Shown here piece by piece: positions 1-9,318 of a stretch of 64,000 bases of DNA; within the stretch, counting starts at the first letter, position 1; each line of letters begins with the position of its first letter. The DNA lies in NCBI GenBank assembly GCA_050260395.1, contig JBLNCC010000086.1:71-64070 (forward strand). The letters run 5' to 3'. The stretch comes from Betaproteobacteria bacterium. GTDB lineage: Bacteria > Bacillota > SHA-98 > UBA4971. A program made the translations under genes and the position numbers. Below the pieces are notes generated by a model. It was not told the origin of the DNA. It did not search any database and worked only from the letters and a program-made list of their open reading frames with translations.

Positions 1-957
1 TTGGAATCCCGCGCATCGAGGGGGCTCGTCACGCTCGTAGTCGCCTACCAGACCATCAGCGACTACCTTGATAACCTATGCGACCGCGCGGGGGTGTTCG
101 ACCCCGTCGCGTTCGGACGGCTTCACCAATCCATGCTCGACGCGCTTTCAAAGGCGAAGACCTCCGTGAACGGCCGGCAGCGTGCCGAAGGCCTTGAGAA
201 GGACGGTTACTATGGGTCGTATCCTTGGAAGGCCGACGGCGGCTACCTCCGGTCGCTCGTGGAGGAGTGCAATCGCCAGGTCGCCCGCCTTCCCGGGTAC
301 GACGGGGCTGTCGAGGCCGAGGCCCTCAGGCTTGCCCAGCTGTACACGGACCTGCAGGTGCGCAAGCATGCCGCGCCGGAGGACAGGGTTCCCCTCCTCC
401 TGGACTGGTGGAGACGCGAGAAGGGGGGGACGACGGGGACGGCCGAAGGACTCGGGTTGCCGGACATCGCCTGGTGGGAGTTCGCCGCTGCTTCAGGGTC
501 CACCCTTGGCATCTTCGCGCTTTTCAGCTTTGCTGCCGGCGGAGAAACCAGACGCGGTCTGCTTTCGGGCCCGAGCCCCGAGTCGGTGCGGCGACTCTCT
601 CGAGCGTATTTTCCGTGGGTGGGCGGGCTACACATACTTCTGGACTACCTCATAGATCTGGACGAGGATGCCCAAGAGGGCGATCTCAACTTTGTGAGCT
701 TCTACAGGGACGAGGGGGAGCGACGGGAAAGGCTGGGGTACTTCGTGGACAAGGCGCTCCAAGCGGTGTCCTGCCTCCCGAACGCGTCATTCCACGAGAT
801 GGTGGTGAAGGGGCTTCTCGCCATGTACCTCTCCGATCCCAAGGTCGTCGAGGGTGGGCTGGAAGGGCTGGCAGCATTCCTCCTCGCGAAAGGCGGGCCT
901 GCCGCGCGCTGCATGTGGCATGCCTGCCGGCTGTTTAGGCGAACCGGCCTGCTCTGA
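1..957 (+). CDS. ytpB: Tetraprenyl-beta-curcumene synthase family protein (YtpB/DUF2600), 5'-truncated by the window edge
   Basis: Motifs YQTISDYLDNLCDR, WWEFAAASGSTLG and GLHILLDYLIDLDED are typical of YtpB-type terpene cyclases. The ORF is open at position 1. Confidence 0.85.
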   Translation: MESRASRGLVTLVVAYQTISDYLDNLCDRAGVFDPVAFGRLHQSMLDALSKAKTSVNGRQRAEGLEKDGYYGSYPWKADGGYLRSLVEECNRQVARLPGYDGAVEAEALRLAQLYTDLQVRKHAAPEDRVPLLLDWWRREKGGTTGTAEGLGLPDIAWWEFAAASGSTLGIFALFSFAAGGETRRGLLSGPSPESVRRLSRAYFPWVGGLHILLDYLIDLDEDAQEGDLNFVSFYRDEGERRERLGYFVDKALQAVSCLPNASFHEMVVKGLLAMYLSDPKVVEGGLEGLAAFLLAKGGPAARCMWHACRLFRRTGLL

Positions 958-1068
958 AGCTCTGACAGGGTCCGGAGGCTGATGAACGCGTTCGCCACCC
1001 GCCTCCGGGCGGGGTGCTCAGGCGGGCAGAGCGCGAGCGGCTCTTGACCGTTGCTTGTGGCACGAGGG

Positions 1069-1677
1069 CTAGTGCGGCGCGGGCCGTTCAAAGTCCTCGT
1101 TGCGTCCCGTGCCGTCGTGAGCCGCGCCGGCGATGTCCTCGGCGGCGGCTTTATTCAGCACGTCGCGCGCGGCCTTTCGTATCGCCTCGTCGCGCGCGTT
1201 TTCCGCGAGCCAGCCGACGTAGGCGGGGTCCTGCCGGGCCACGTGCCCAAGAGGCCGCTTGGCGTACTTGCCGAACGTGAGCACGACGTCCTCAGGGTTC
1301 TCAGGCCCGGGGATCTCATCCTGGGGCAGGACGTCCCCGAGTTCCTCGAGGGCGACGAGGTCGATGCCCACCGCGTCCCGCATCGCCCGGGCCTTCGCAC
1401 GGGTAGCGGCCATCCGGAGGATGTGTGGTTGGATTGCGCGGTTCACGCTCTCCGGCGAGGCGTCGCCCACCTCCTTGAAGACCCCGTTCGCCGTCTCTAT
1501 CTCGGCCTCGACGACCGCGTACATGCCGTTGTCAGGGGATGGGACTTGAACGATGTTGGTGGTGATCCGCTTCAATCCGTGTTGGCGGGCGAGCTCGAGC
1601 AGACCCCCGTACAGAACGTAGTCCTTGCCTTGAAGTGTCTTGACAAACCTCTCCCGGAACTCTCTTGATAGCTCCAT
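1069..1677 (-). CDS. Putative Rad52/Rad22-like ssDNA-annealing protein with a C-terminal FGKY (DUF3820/ExoX-C-like) domain
   Basis: ATG at 1677 with GGGAGG RBS. N-domain GDASPESVN...HILRMAATRAKARAMRDAVG..ALEEL resembles Rad52-fold annealases. C-domain is VLTFGKY...DPAYVGWL. Confidence 0.55.
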   Translation of the reverse strand: MELSREFRERFVKTLQGKDYVLYGGLLELARQHGLKRITTNIVQVPSPDNGMYAVVEAEIETANGVFKEVGDASPESVNRAIQPHILRMAATRAKARAMRDAVGIDLVALEELGDVLPQDEIPGPENPEDVVLTFGKYAKRPLGHVARQDPAYVGWLAENARDEAIRKAARDVLNKAAAEDIAGAAHDGTGRNEDFERPAPH

Positions 1678-1690
1678 AGAAACCTCCCGC

Positions 1691-2452
1691 TTACTCGTCA
1701 GGCTTGCGCGCCCCAGACTCAGACCCAGGCCCAGACTGAGGCCCGGGCCCAACCTTCGATTCGAGATCCCGCACCTCGGCTCTCTCCTTCTTTGCGACGT
1801 ACAGCTCGCCTGCGGTATCCAGCGTCGCCAGGAGCACGTCCGACGGGTCCTTCACGCCCTTTTTCTCCAGCTCTTCCTTCAGCCACGCGACGGTGAGGCC
1901 AAGCTGGTCCAGGTGATGGTAGTGGACCCTGCCGTCGGTGATGAGAGGGTACGGCAGTCCTTCGTAGGCCGTGGTGATCCCGAGGTCTCTGGGCGTCACC
2001 GGCCGGGCTTGCGATTTCATGATAACGCTGAGGCGTCCCGAGCCCTCCAGGATTGCGAACTCCACGTCCTGAATGTTGGAGACGTTCTTTTCCCGCAGGC
2101 CGGCCAGGAGGTCATCGAGGTTGTAACGGAGCTCTCTGAGGTTGCCCTCGATGATGTGACCGTCCCTGATCACAATGGTGGACTGGCCGCTTATGATGGC
2201 CCTTGCCTTGTCGCTCCTAAGCGTTATGTAAGCGAAGAGCACTTCGGCCGCCGCTAGCACGACAATGGGGACGACGGCGTCGTGTATGTGGATCGCCCTT
2301 TCCTCAAGCGGCATGGCAGCGAGGTCCGCTATCATGATCGCCACGACGAGATCGAAGGGAGAAAGCTGGCCGATCTCGCGCTTACCCATTAGCCGCGTGA
2401 TGAAGAGGACGAAGACATACATGAACACGGTCTTGGCTACTGTGGCGAGCAC
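1691..2452 (-). CDS. DUF421/YetF family membrane protein
   Basis: RLMGKREIGQLSPFDLVVAIMIA and DVEFAILEGSGRLSV signature. GTG start at 2452 after a GAAAGGG RBS. Confidence 0.85.
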   Translation of the reverse strand: MLATVAKTVFMYVFVLFITRLMGKREIGQLSPFDLVVAIMIADLAAMPLEERAIHIHDAVVPIVVLAAAEVLFAYITLRSDKARAIISGQSTIVIRDGHIIEGNLRELRYNLDDLLAGLREKNVSNIQDVEFAILEGSGRLSVIMKSQARPVTPRDLGITTAYEGLPYPLITDGRVHYHHLDQLGLTVAWLKEELEKKGVKDPSDVLLATLDTAGELYVAKKERAEVRDLESKVGPGPQSGPGSESGARKPDE

Positions 2453-2547
2453 CGAGGAACCAGCCCTTTCCCTAGACTCTGAAAGCCTCTCCGCCGTCGG
2501 CCGGGGAAAGCCTGCACGACCGGCGGTCCGGGCAAGCGCGCCTCTGG

Positions 2548-2745
2548 CTAAGTGAGGGTGCATTAGTCCTCGCCCCTCTTCCAGTAGTTGCCGGGCTGCC
2601 GGTGTTGCCCTCGGGGACGGCGCCCCAAGCGGGGCGCGCCTCGCTAAAATCCGGCCTGTCCGGCCAGTGGCCGGATTTTGACACCCCTCGTGCAATCACC
2701 GGCAACCCCTGCCAAAAGTCGGGAGCATTTTTGCACCCCACTTAG
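2548..2745 (-). repeat. Dispersed ~198-bp repeat (MITE-like or structured RNA), copy 1, with terminal inverted repeats
   Basis: Ends are CTAAGTGAGGGTGCA (2548-2562) and TGCACCCCACTTAG (2732-2745). Its reverse complement aligns end to end with 11675-11873 and in part with 18346-18434. Confidence 0.8.
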
Positions 2746-2750
2746 AGATG

Positions 2751-2780
2751 TAGTATGGTTCCAGCAGGCCGTTGTTATTC
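2751..2780 (-). promoter_or_regulatory. SigG-type (forespore) promoter upstream of the DUF421-annealase operon
   Basis: Minus strand GAATA-N18-CATACTA matches the B. subtilis sigG consensus GHATA-N17/18-CATWHTA. Confidence 0.6.
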
Positions 2781-3033
2781 CGTGCCAAGCGCGTAGCATG
2801 CCCTTCCCGCATTGCCTCGGGTGCTGCTTAGGGGTCAAGCGATTGCGACCTCTGCCAGCGATTCCGCTCGAGGCACATCCAGGCTGGCGCACGGCGAGCA
2901 CTTGGCCCCGACTCCCGGCGGGAATACATCGCGCGCGAGGCGACAAGACTATGTGTGCGCCCCCTGCTACGCTCGTGGGGGCCCTTGCCTCTTGCTCATC
3001 GGTTTGCTTATAGGTGCGGGGGGATGGAACGGC

Positions 3034-4029
3034 GTGAGAGGGATCCTAGAACTCCCAGCGGAGCTTGAGACCCGCGTGAAGGCGGTTGACAGCGTTATCG
3101 AGCAAGCGCTTTCCTCTGAAAGCAGGCATTTGGCGAGGCCGCGAGATCACGTCCTCGCGACGCGTGGGAAGGGCCTGCGGCCGGCGCTTGTGATTCTGTG
3201 GGCCTGGGCGCAGGCCGGCCCGGGTGGGACACCCGAAGAGGCGCGTGCCCGGGCGGCCGTGGAGGTCGCGGCTGCCGCGGAGCTCGTCCACATGGCTTCG
3301 CTCGTGCACGACGACGTCATCGACGGATCTCCCACGCGTAGGGGACTCGAGACAGCCAACGTGCTCTTTGGGGCGCGACCCTCGGTTCTGCTTGGGGATT
3401 TCTTCTTCGCGAGGGCCTTCGAGTTGCTTGCGCGGCACAAGGATTTCGGCGTGGTCGAGTTGATGACCGACGCCATTTCGGCGATGTGCGAGGGTGAGCT
3501 CGAGCAGGCCGCATGCGCCTTCTCGTGTGATGAGACTGAGGAAGGCTACCTTCGAAGGATCACATTGAAGACCGCGAGGCTCATCGAAGCGTGCTGCCGG
3601 GCTGGGGCAATCATCGGGGGAGCGTCCCAGGATGGGGTTGCGAACGCTCGCGAGTTCGGGCTTGAACTCGGGATCGCGTTTCAGCTCACCGATGACGCCC
3701 TGGATTTCGTGGCGGACGAGCGTAAGCTGGGCAAGCCTACGTGTCAGGACCTCATATGCGGAGTGCTCACCTTGCCGATCCTGTGGCTGCTCTCCAACGA
3801 ATCGCTCGGGCCGAGGGCCCGCCAGCTCATCGAGTCGAGGCGGTTTGACCCCGACACGGTCGTGTGGATGAGAAGTGCAGTTGTGGAGTGTGGCGGGGTG
3901 GACCTGACTTACCAGAGGGCGCGTGAGTGCCTCGAACGCGCCGCGGCTTGTGCGTCCAAGCTTCCCGGGGGCCCGGCCCGGGACGCGCTCACGGCCATTA
4001 CCCGCCAGGTCATCGGAAGGAAACGTTGA
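3034..4029 (+). CDS. Trans-polyprenyl diphosphate synthase (HepT/IspB-like)
   Basis: GKGLRP, first aspartate-rich motif SLVHDDVID..TRRG, LKTA, second motif FQLTDDALD. The GTG start at 3034 is approximate. Confidence 0.9.
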   Translation: MRGILELPAELETRVKAVDSVIEQALSSESRHLARPRDHVLATRGKGLRPALVILWAWAQAGPGGTPEEARARAAVEVAAAAELVHMASLVHDDVIDGSPTRRGLETANVLFGARPSVLLGDFFFARAFELLARHKDFGVVELMTDAISAMCEGELEQAACAFSCDETEEGYLRRITLKTARLIEACCRAGAIIGGASQDGVANAREFGLELGIAFQLTDDALDFVADERKLGKPTCQDLICGVLTLPILWLLSNESLGPRARQLIESRRFDPDTVVWMRSAVVECGGVDLTYQRARECLERAAACASKLPGGPARDALTAITRQVIGRKR

Positions 4030-4253
4030 ACGGCGATTCGCAGGCCAGCACTCGGCGCCCGGTCTGTGTGGTCTGTGCCCCCGGTGGTTCGAAGGGCTCT
4101 CGGATAGCCCCGACGTGGGACCCGCCGGTGTAAGCCGCACGGGAGCAGCCCGGGTGGCTTCGCGTCAGCATATGGTATAATGATGCCTGGCGGGTCGGAA
4201 GGCAGGGTTGCGCAACGTCCGCAGCCCGCCGGAACCCGCCGGAGGGATGCTGG

Positions 4254-6659
4254 TTGGACGAAAGGACCCTGCGGGTTTTGGAATTCCATAAGATTAAAGA
4301 GCGCCTGGCTGCAGCCGCCACGAACAACCTCGGCCGGGAACTCGCGCTCGCCCTTGACCCGGTCACCGATCCGGAAGACGTCTCGGCGAGGCAGCGCGAG
4401 ACCACCGAGGCGAGGAAGATCCTGGAGAGATATCCTGCCATGCCCCTCGGCGGGGTCCGCGACATCCGGTCTGCGGTGGCGAGGGCAAGGGTGGGGTCCA
4501 CCCTGACGCCTCAAGAGCTTCTGGACGTTGCGTGGACGATGGACGCGGCAAGCCGGCTTCGCAAGTTCATCCTGGACCTCGGCGAGGAATTCGCAACGAT
4601 GCGCGGCCACGCGGCCAGGATTGCTCCGCAGCCCTCTCTTGTGCGGGAGGTCACCCGCTGTCTCGACGATCAGGGCGACGTGGTGGACCATGCAAGCCCG
4701 CTCCTAGCAAGGCTCAGGGCCGAGATCAGGACGACGGGCAGTCGCATCCGCGATAAGCTGGATTCGCTCGTCCGCTCGCCGGAGACCTCGCGTTGGCTGC
4801 AAGACCCGGTGGTGACGTTGCGGGGCGGCAGGTTCGTTGTGCCGGTGAAGCAGGAGCATCGCGCGGCGGTCCCGGGCATAGTGCACGACCAGTCTGCCAG
4901 CGGGATGACGCTTTTCGTGGAGCCCATGGCGGTGGTTGAACTCAACAACGAGCTTGCGGCGCTTGAGGCGAAGGAGCGCGACGAGGTGGAGAGGATCCTC
5001 CGTCACCTATCCGGGCTAGTGCGGGTGGCGTGTCCCGAGATCCAGCAAACCGTGGAGGCCCTCGGCGCCCTAGACTTCGCTTTCGCCAAGGGCAGGCTCA
5101 GCATGGACATGAATGCCGTGGAGCCTGAGATCAACACCTCTGGCTATCTTGAGATCCGTCAGGGGAGACACCCCCTTCTTCAAGGGCGGGTTGTTCCGAT
5201 AGACGTGGACCTCGGCGCGAGGTTCCGGACGCTCGTCGTGACCGGTCCGAACACGGGCGGCAAGACCGTATCGCTGAAGACGATAGGTCTCTTCGCGCTG
5301 ATGACCATGGCCGGTCTCCACCTCCCGGCGGGGAGCGGCACGAGGTTCGCCGTGTTCCGGCGCGTGTTCGCCGATATTGGTGACGAACAGAGCATCGAGC
5401 AGAGCCTTTCCACCTTCTCGTCGCACATGAGCCACATTGTGAGGATACTGGAGCAAGCAGGTCCTGGATCGCTCGTGCTCCTGGACGAACTCGGTGCGGG
5501 CACAGACCCCGCCGAAGGAGCTTCCTTAGGCGTAGCCATTCTGGAGCACCTGCACTCGCGCGGTGCGTGTACGGTGGCGACCACGCATTACAGCGAGCTT
5601 AAGACCTTTGCCTACGAGCACGAGGGCGTGGAAAACGCGTCATGCGAGTTCGATGTGGCCACGCTTCAGCCTACTTACCGTCTGATAGTTGGCGTTCCCG
5701 GCAGCTCCTGCGCCTTCGAGGTTGCGGAGCGGCTTGGCCTGCCACGGGAGATCGTGGAGTCCGCCCGCGCGTGGCTGGGAGAGGACCGTGTGCGCGTCGA
5801 GCACATGATCGCGGAGATCGAGCGGAACCGCAGGGAGATGGAAGAGGACAGGGAGCGCGCGCGCGGTGCGAGACAGATGATGGAGAGGCTCGTCCGCGAA
5901 CGGGACGAGGAAGCCCGACGGCTGCGCGAGGAGCGATCCGAGGTGCTCCGGAAGGCCCGTGAGGAGGCGGCGCGCATCTTGTCCCGCGCGCGGGAGAACG
6001 CGGCGAGGATCATTGAGGAGCTCAGACAAAACGCTGTCGCCCTCGACAGGAGCGCTGTGGACAACGCCGCGCGCAGGGCGAGGGAGGCTTTGAAGCAAGC
6101 CACGGACGAGATCGTAAACACCGGGGATACCGAGGCCGGGCCGCAGAAGGAGGCGCGTGCGCGCCGCACAAGGGCTCCGCGTCCAGGGGAGATCGTCGCT
6201 GGCTCGCGAGTGTACGTGCCGAGGCTTGGGAGCTCTGGCCGGGTCGTGGGTGTCCCGCGCGACGGGGAGAACGTCGAAGTCCAGGTTGGATTGATGAGGT
6301 TCTTCGTGTCCGCCAAGGACCTTGCCATGATCGACGAGGAGCCCGAAGACGTTGGTCCGGCCACGGGTGGCGTTACCGTGGCGCCTGTTGCCCGCGAGAA
6401 AGCGGCTGTGGTCTCGAGCGAGCTCGACCTGCGTGGGCTCACCGTTGAGGAGGCGCTTGCCGAGGTGGATAAGTACCTGGACGACGCGTGCCTGGCAGGG
6501 CTCCCGAGGGCCAGGATAATACACGGCAAGGGAACGGGCGCGCTCCGGCAGGCTGTTCGTGATTTCGTAAGGACCCATCCTCACGTGAAGGGCTTCGAGC
6601 CGGGGGGACCCGCGGAAGGTGGGGACGGCGTCACAGTCGTCGCCATTCGGGGGGACTGA
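4254..6659 (+). CDS. mutS2: Endonuclease MutS2
   Basis: Walker A TGPNTGGKT, IGDEQSIEQSLSTFS, LLDELGAGTDP, C-terminal Smr domain (LDLRG...IIHGKGTG). Extended -10 TGGTATAAT at ~4173-4181. Confidence 0.95.
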   Translation: MDERTLRVLEFHKIKERLAAAATNNLGRELALALDPVTDPEDVSARQRETTEARKILERYPAMPLGGVRDIRSAVARARVGSTLTPQELLDVAWTMDAASRLRKFILDLGEEFATMRGHAARIAPQPSLVREVTRCLDDQGDVVDHASPLLARLRAEIRTTGSRIRDKLDSLVRSPETSRWLQDPVVTLRGGRFVVPVKQEHRAAVPGIVHDQSASGMTLFVEPMAVVELNNELAALEAKERDEVERILRHLSGLVRVACPEIQQTVEALGALDFAFAKGRLSMDMNAVEPEINTSGYLEIRQGRHPLLQGRVVPIDVDLGARFRTLVVTGPNTGGKTVSLKTIGLFALMTMAGLHLPAGSGTRFAVFRRVFADIGDEQSIEQSLSTFSSHMSHIVRILEQAGPGSLVLLDELGAGTDPAEGASLGVAILEHLHSRGACTVATTHYSELKTFAYEHEGVENASCEFDVATLQPTYRLIVGVPGSSCAFEVAERLGLPREIVESARAWLGEDRVRVEHMIAEIERNRREMEEDRERARGARQMMERLVRERDEEARRLREERSEVLRKAREEAARILSRARENAARIIEELRQNAVALDRSAVDNAARRAREALKQATDEIVNTGDTEAGPQKEARARRTRAPRPGEIVAGSRVYVPRLGSSGRVVGVPRDGENVEVQVGLMRFFVSAKDLAMIDEEPEDVGPATGGVTVAPVAREKAAVVSSELDLRGLTVEEALAEVDKYLDDACLAGLPRARIIHGKGTGALRQAVRDFVRTHPHVKGFEPGGPAEGGDGVTVVAIRGD

Positions 6660-6664
6660 AGACC

Positions 6665-8917
6665 CTACTCAGCGGGAGGGCTTATACTCTGAGGCGCCGG
6701 CGACACGGCGTCGGGCTGTTCACCAGGGTTGGTGGAGGCCCCGTTGTTCCACCCGTGAAGAGAGCAGTACGTCGTGGGGATGCGCTCGCCCGCCAATATC
6801 GTGCCGTCTGGAAGCACCCGCAAACCGCTGGACGACAGGTAGCGCCGGATCTCGACTTTATCCGGCGGACAGGCACCCGTCGCGAGGCACCCCGACTCGG
6901 TGCAGACTGCAACTTCAACGATGCCGCTATGAAGAGAGCAGTAGTCTTTTGGCTCTGTTCCGGGCAAGAACACCTCTGTGGTGGTCTTTGGGCACGAAGG
7001 GGTTGCGAGCATACCCGATTCAGTACAGATCGTGGTGAATACGAGCCCGGTCGGCACCGGGAATTCCGCAGACGGGGTGTCACGCAACGCCTCCTTCATG
7101 AAGGCTCCCCATATCATCGCCGCCCGTGCGCTTCCGATCCTCACGCCTCCGTAAACCATCGGCTTCTGCTGCTCGTCGTTGCCTATCCACACACATGCCA
7201 CGAGGTCAGGCGTGAATCCCACGAACCACGCGTTGGTGTAGTCTGACGTGGTTCCTGTTTTGCCTGCTGCGGGACGGCCAATGTTCGCCGATTTGCCGGT
7301 TCCGCGGGTGATGACGCCCCGCATCATATCAGTCATGATGTATGCCGTTTGCTCGTCCAAGACCACGTTTTTGACGGGCACGTTGCGCTCGAGCACGTTG
7401 CCATCAGGGTCCTCCACTCTCAAGATGGCGACGGGCTCTGCTCTAATGCCTTGGTTGGGGAACACGGCGTATGCGGCCGCCATCTCAAGAGGGGTGACGC
7501 CCTTCGTGAGTCCGCCTAGCACGAGGGAGAGGGTCATGTCGTTCCGTCGTCCAGACTCCACGAGGCTCGTTATCCCCATGGCCTTGGCGGTCTTGATGGC
7601 TTTTTCGATCCCTATCTGGTCGAGGAGCTTCACGGACGCCACGTTGGTGGAGTCTTCCAAAGCCTTTCGGAGTGTCACGGGCCCCCGGAACTTGTTGTCA
7701 TTGTTGACGGGCGCCCACGGTTCCTTTTGACCCGGGATGTTGTACTGGACCGGCGAGTCATCGAGCATGGTGGACGGGGTGTATCCAGCCTGTATGGCCG
7801 CTGTGTACACGAAAGGCTTGAATGCCGACCCTGGCTGCCTGTATGACTGGACAGCTCTGTTGAACTCATCGTTGCCGCGCCCGCCGACCATCGCTCTGAT
7901 GTAGCCATCGTGGGCGTCAAGCACAACCATGGCTCCCTGGGGCTGCACGAGGCCCTTCGAGTCGGGTTTGCCCTGCGGAAGATTGGAGATGAGCGTCTTC
8001 TCCGCGAGCTCCTGAAGTCTCAGGTCCAGGGTGGTATACACTTTCAAGCCGCCCTTGTATACCAGATCCCGTCCGTATCTCTCCAACAGCTGCGACCGGA
8101 CGTAGTCGACGAAATACGGGGCGACCTCCTTTGAGGACCGCTTCTCGATGACCCCCAAGGGGGCCCGGTTGGCCGCATCCGCCTCCTCCTGTGAGATGTA
8201 CCCGAGCTCTACCATGCGCGAGAGCACCGTCGCGCGCCTCGCTCGTGCGGCCTCAGGGTTCTTTGTTGGCGAATAGAGCTGGGAGTTCCGTATCAAGCCT
8301 GCGAGGAGCGCGGACTCCGCAAGGTTCAGATCGCGCACGTGCTTGCCGAAATACCCTTGGGACGCGGCTTCCACGCCGTACACGGCTTGGCCGGGGTAAA
8401 AGTACACTTCATTGAGGTAAAGCTCCAGGATCTGGTCTTTGGTGTACGCGCGCTCCAGTTGGATCGCGTAAATGAACTCCTGGATCTTTCGGGTGAACGT
8501 GCGCTCTTGAGTCAAGAAAGCGTTCTTGGCAAGCTGCTGAGTGATCGTGCTCCCGCCCTGGACGATCCGGCCCTCTTTGAGGTCGACGAGGAGGGCTCTC
8601 AGCATAGCGGTGAAGTTGACGCCGTGGTGGCGACGGAAATTGTGGTCTTCGATGGCGATCACGGCGTTCTGCAGCGTCTCCGGAATGTCGCGCAACGGAA
8701 CCCACACCCTGTTTTCTATGTACAATCTCGAAATGAGCTTTCCGTTGACGTCGTATATCCTCGTGGCCTCGCTGGGTCTGTACTCAAGGTCCTGGAGCGC
8801 GGGCATGTTCCGCAACGCTCCCATAACCACTCCCACGAGGACGCCGGAGACGACACATGCTGCCAGGACGAAGGTTATGATTAGGACGGATATGATGCGC
8901 CCCATGCTCCTGGACAT
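6665..8917 (-). CDS. Class A penicillin-binding protein (PBP1A family, transglycosylase/transpeptidase)
   Basis: N-terminal TM segment. TG motifs EDHNF..HHG, GGSTITQQL, RKIQE. TP motifs SAFK, STN, KTG. Cys/His repeats in the C-terminus. Confidence 0.93.
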   Translation of the reverse strand: MSRSMGRIISVLIITFVLAACVVSGVLVGVVMGALRNMPALQDLEYRPSEATRIYDVNGKLISRLYIENRVWVPLRDIPETLQNAVIAIEDHNFRRHHGVNFTAMLRALLVDLKEGRIVQGGSTITQQLAKNAFLTQERTFTRKIQEFIYAIQLERAYTKDQILELYLNEVYFYPGQAVYGVEAASQGYFGKHVRDLNLAESALLAGLIRNSQLYSPTKNPEAARARRATVLSRMVELGYISQEEADAANRAPLGVIEKRSSKEVAPYFVDYVRSQLLERYGRDLVYKGGLKVYTTLDLRLQELAEKTLISNLPQGKPDSKGLVQPQGAMVVLDAHDGYIRAMVGGRGNDEFNRAVQSYRQPGSAFKPFVYTAAIQAGYTPSTMLDDSPVQYNIPGQKEPWAPVNNDNKFRGPVTLRKALEDSTNVASVKLLDQIGIEKAIKTAKAMGITSLVESGRRNDMTLSLVLGGLTKGVTPLEMAAAYAVFPNQGIRAEPVAILRVEDPDGNVLERNVPVKNVVLDEQTAYIMTDMMRGVITRGTGKSANIGRPAAGKTGTTSDYTNAWFVGFTPDLVACVWIGNDEQQKPMVYGGVRIGSARAAMIWGAFMKEALRDTPSAEFPVPTGLVFTTICTESGMLATPSCPKTTTEVFLPGTEPKDYCSLHSGIVEVAVCTESGCLATGACPPDKVEIRRYLSSSGLRVLPDGTILAGERIPTTYCSLHGWNNGASTNPGEQPDAVSPAPQSISPPAE

Positions 8918-9262
8918 CGTTGTGTCCCTCTCTAAGCGAGCACGTCCTCGACGCGCCCGGTGTGATGGAAATCGCTGAACTCGCATAACGGTTCACGGAG
9001 TCCTTTTCGCATAATCCCTGTGTAGTGCCCGGCCTAATTATACCACACGCGCCTTCGCGCGTGCCAATCTCGCACTGTCTGGACACGCAGCGCGATCGGG
9101 GTCCCGTCCGGTGAGCGAGCGTTAGGAGCGTGCGCGAGCCCACGGGGGTCTTCTGGGCTCGTTTGGTTTTCCGAAGGAAAGCGCTCTCTGCCACGAGCCC
9201 GCAGAGGCACAGGCCTGCACAAGCGAAGGATGGACGAGCCGCGCCCCGGCCCGGGGTGGCGA

Positions 9263-9291
9263 TTGACGCCAGGATCACCCTGTGCTACACT
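9263..9291 (+). promoter_or_regulatory. SigA promoter of tyrS
   Basis: TTGACG-N17-TACACT with a TG extension. Confidence 0.65.
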
Positions 9292-9318
9292 GGACGTAAC
9301 GCTGGCTGGGAGGTATTG

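Noticed and set aside
1711-1750. Short CCCAGACT/GGCCC repeats
   Set aside because: They encode the low-complexity Gly/Pro/Ser tail of the DUF421 protein.
2548-2745. 6S RNA or a CRISPR-like repeat
   Set aside because: Multiple diverged intergenic copies with TIRs do not fit single-copy 6S RNA. No repeat-spacer periodicity or cas genes were seen in the window.
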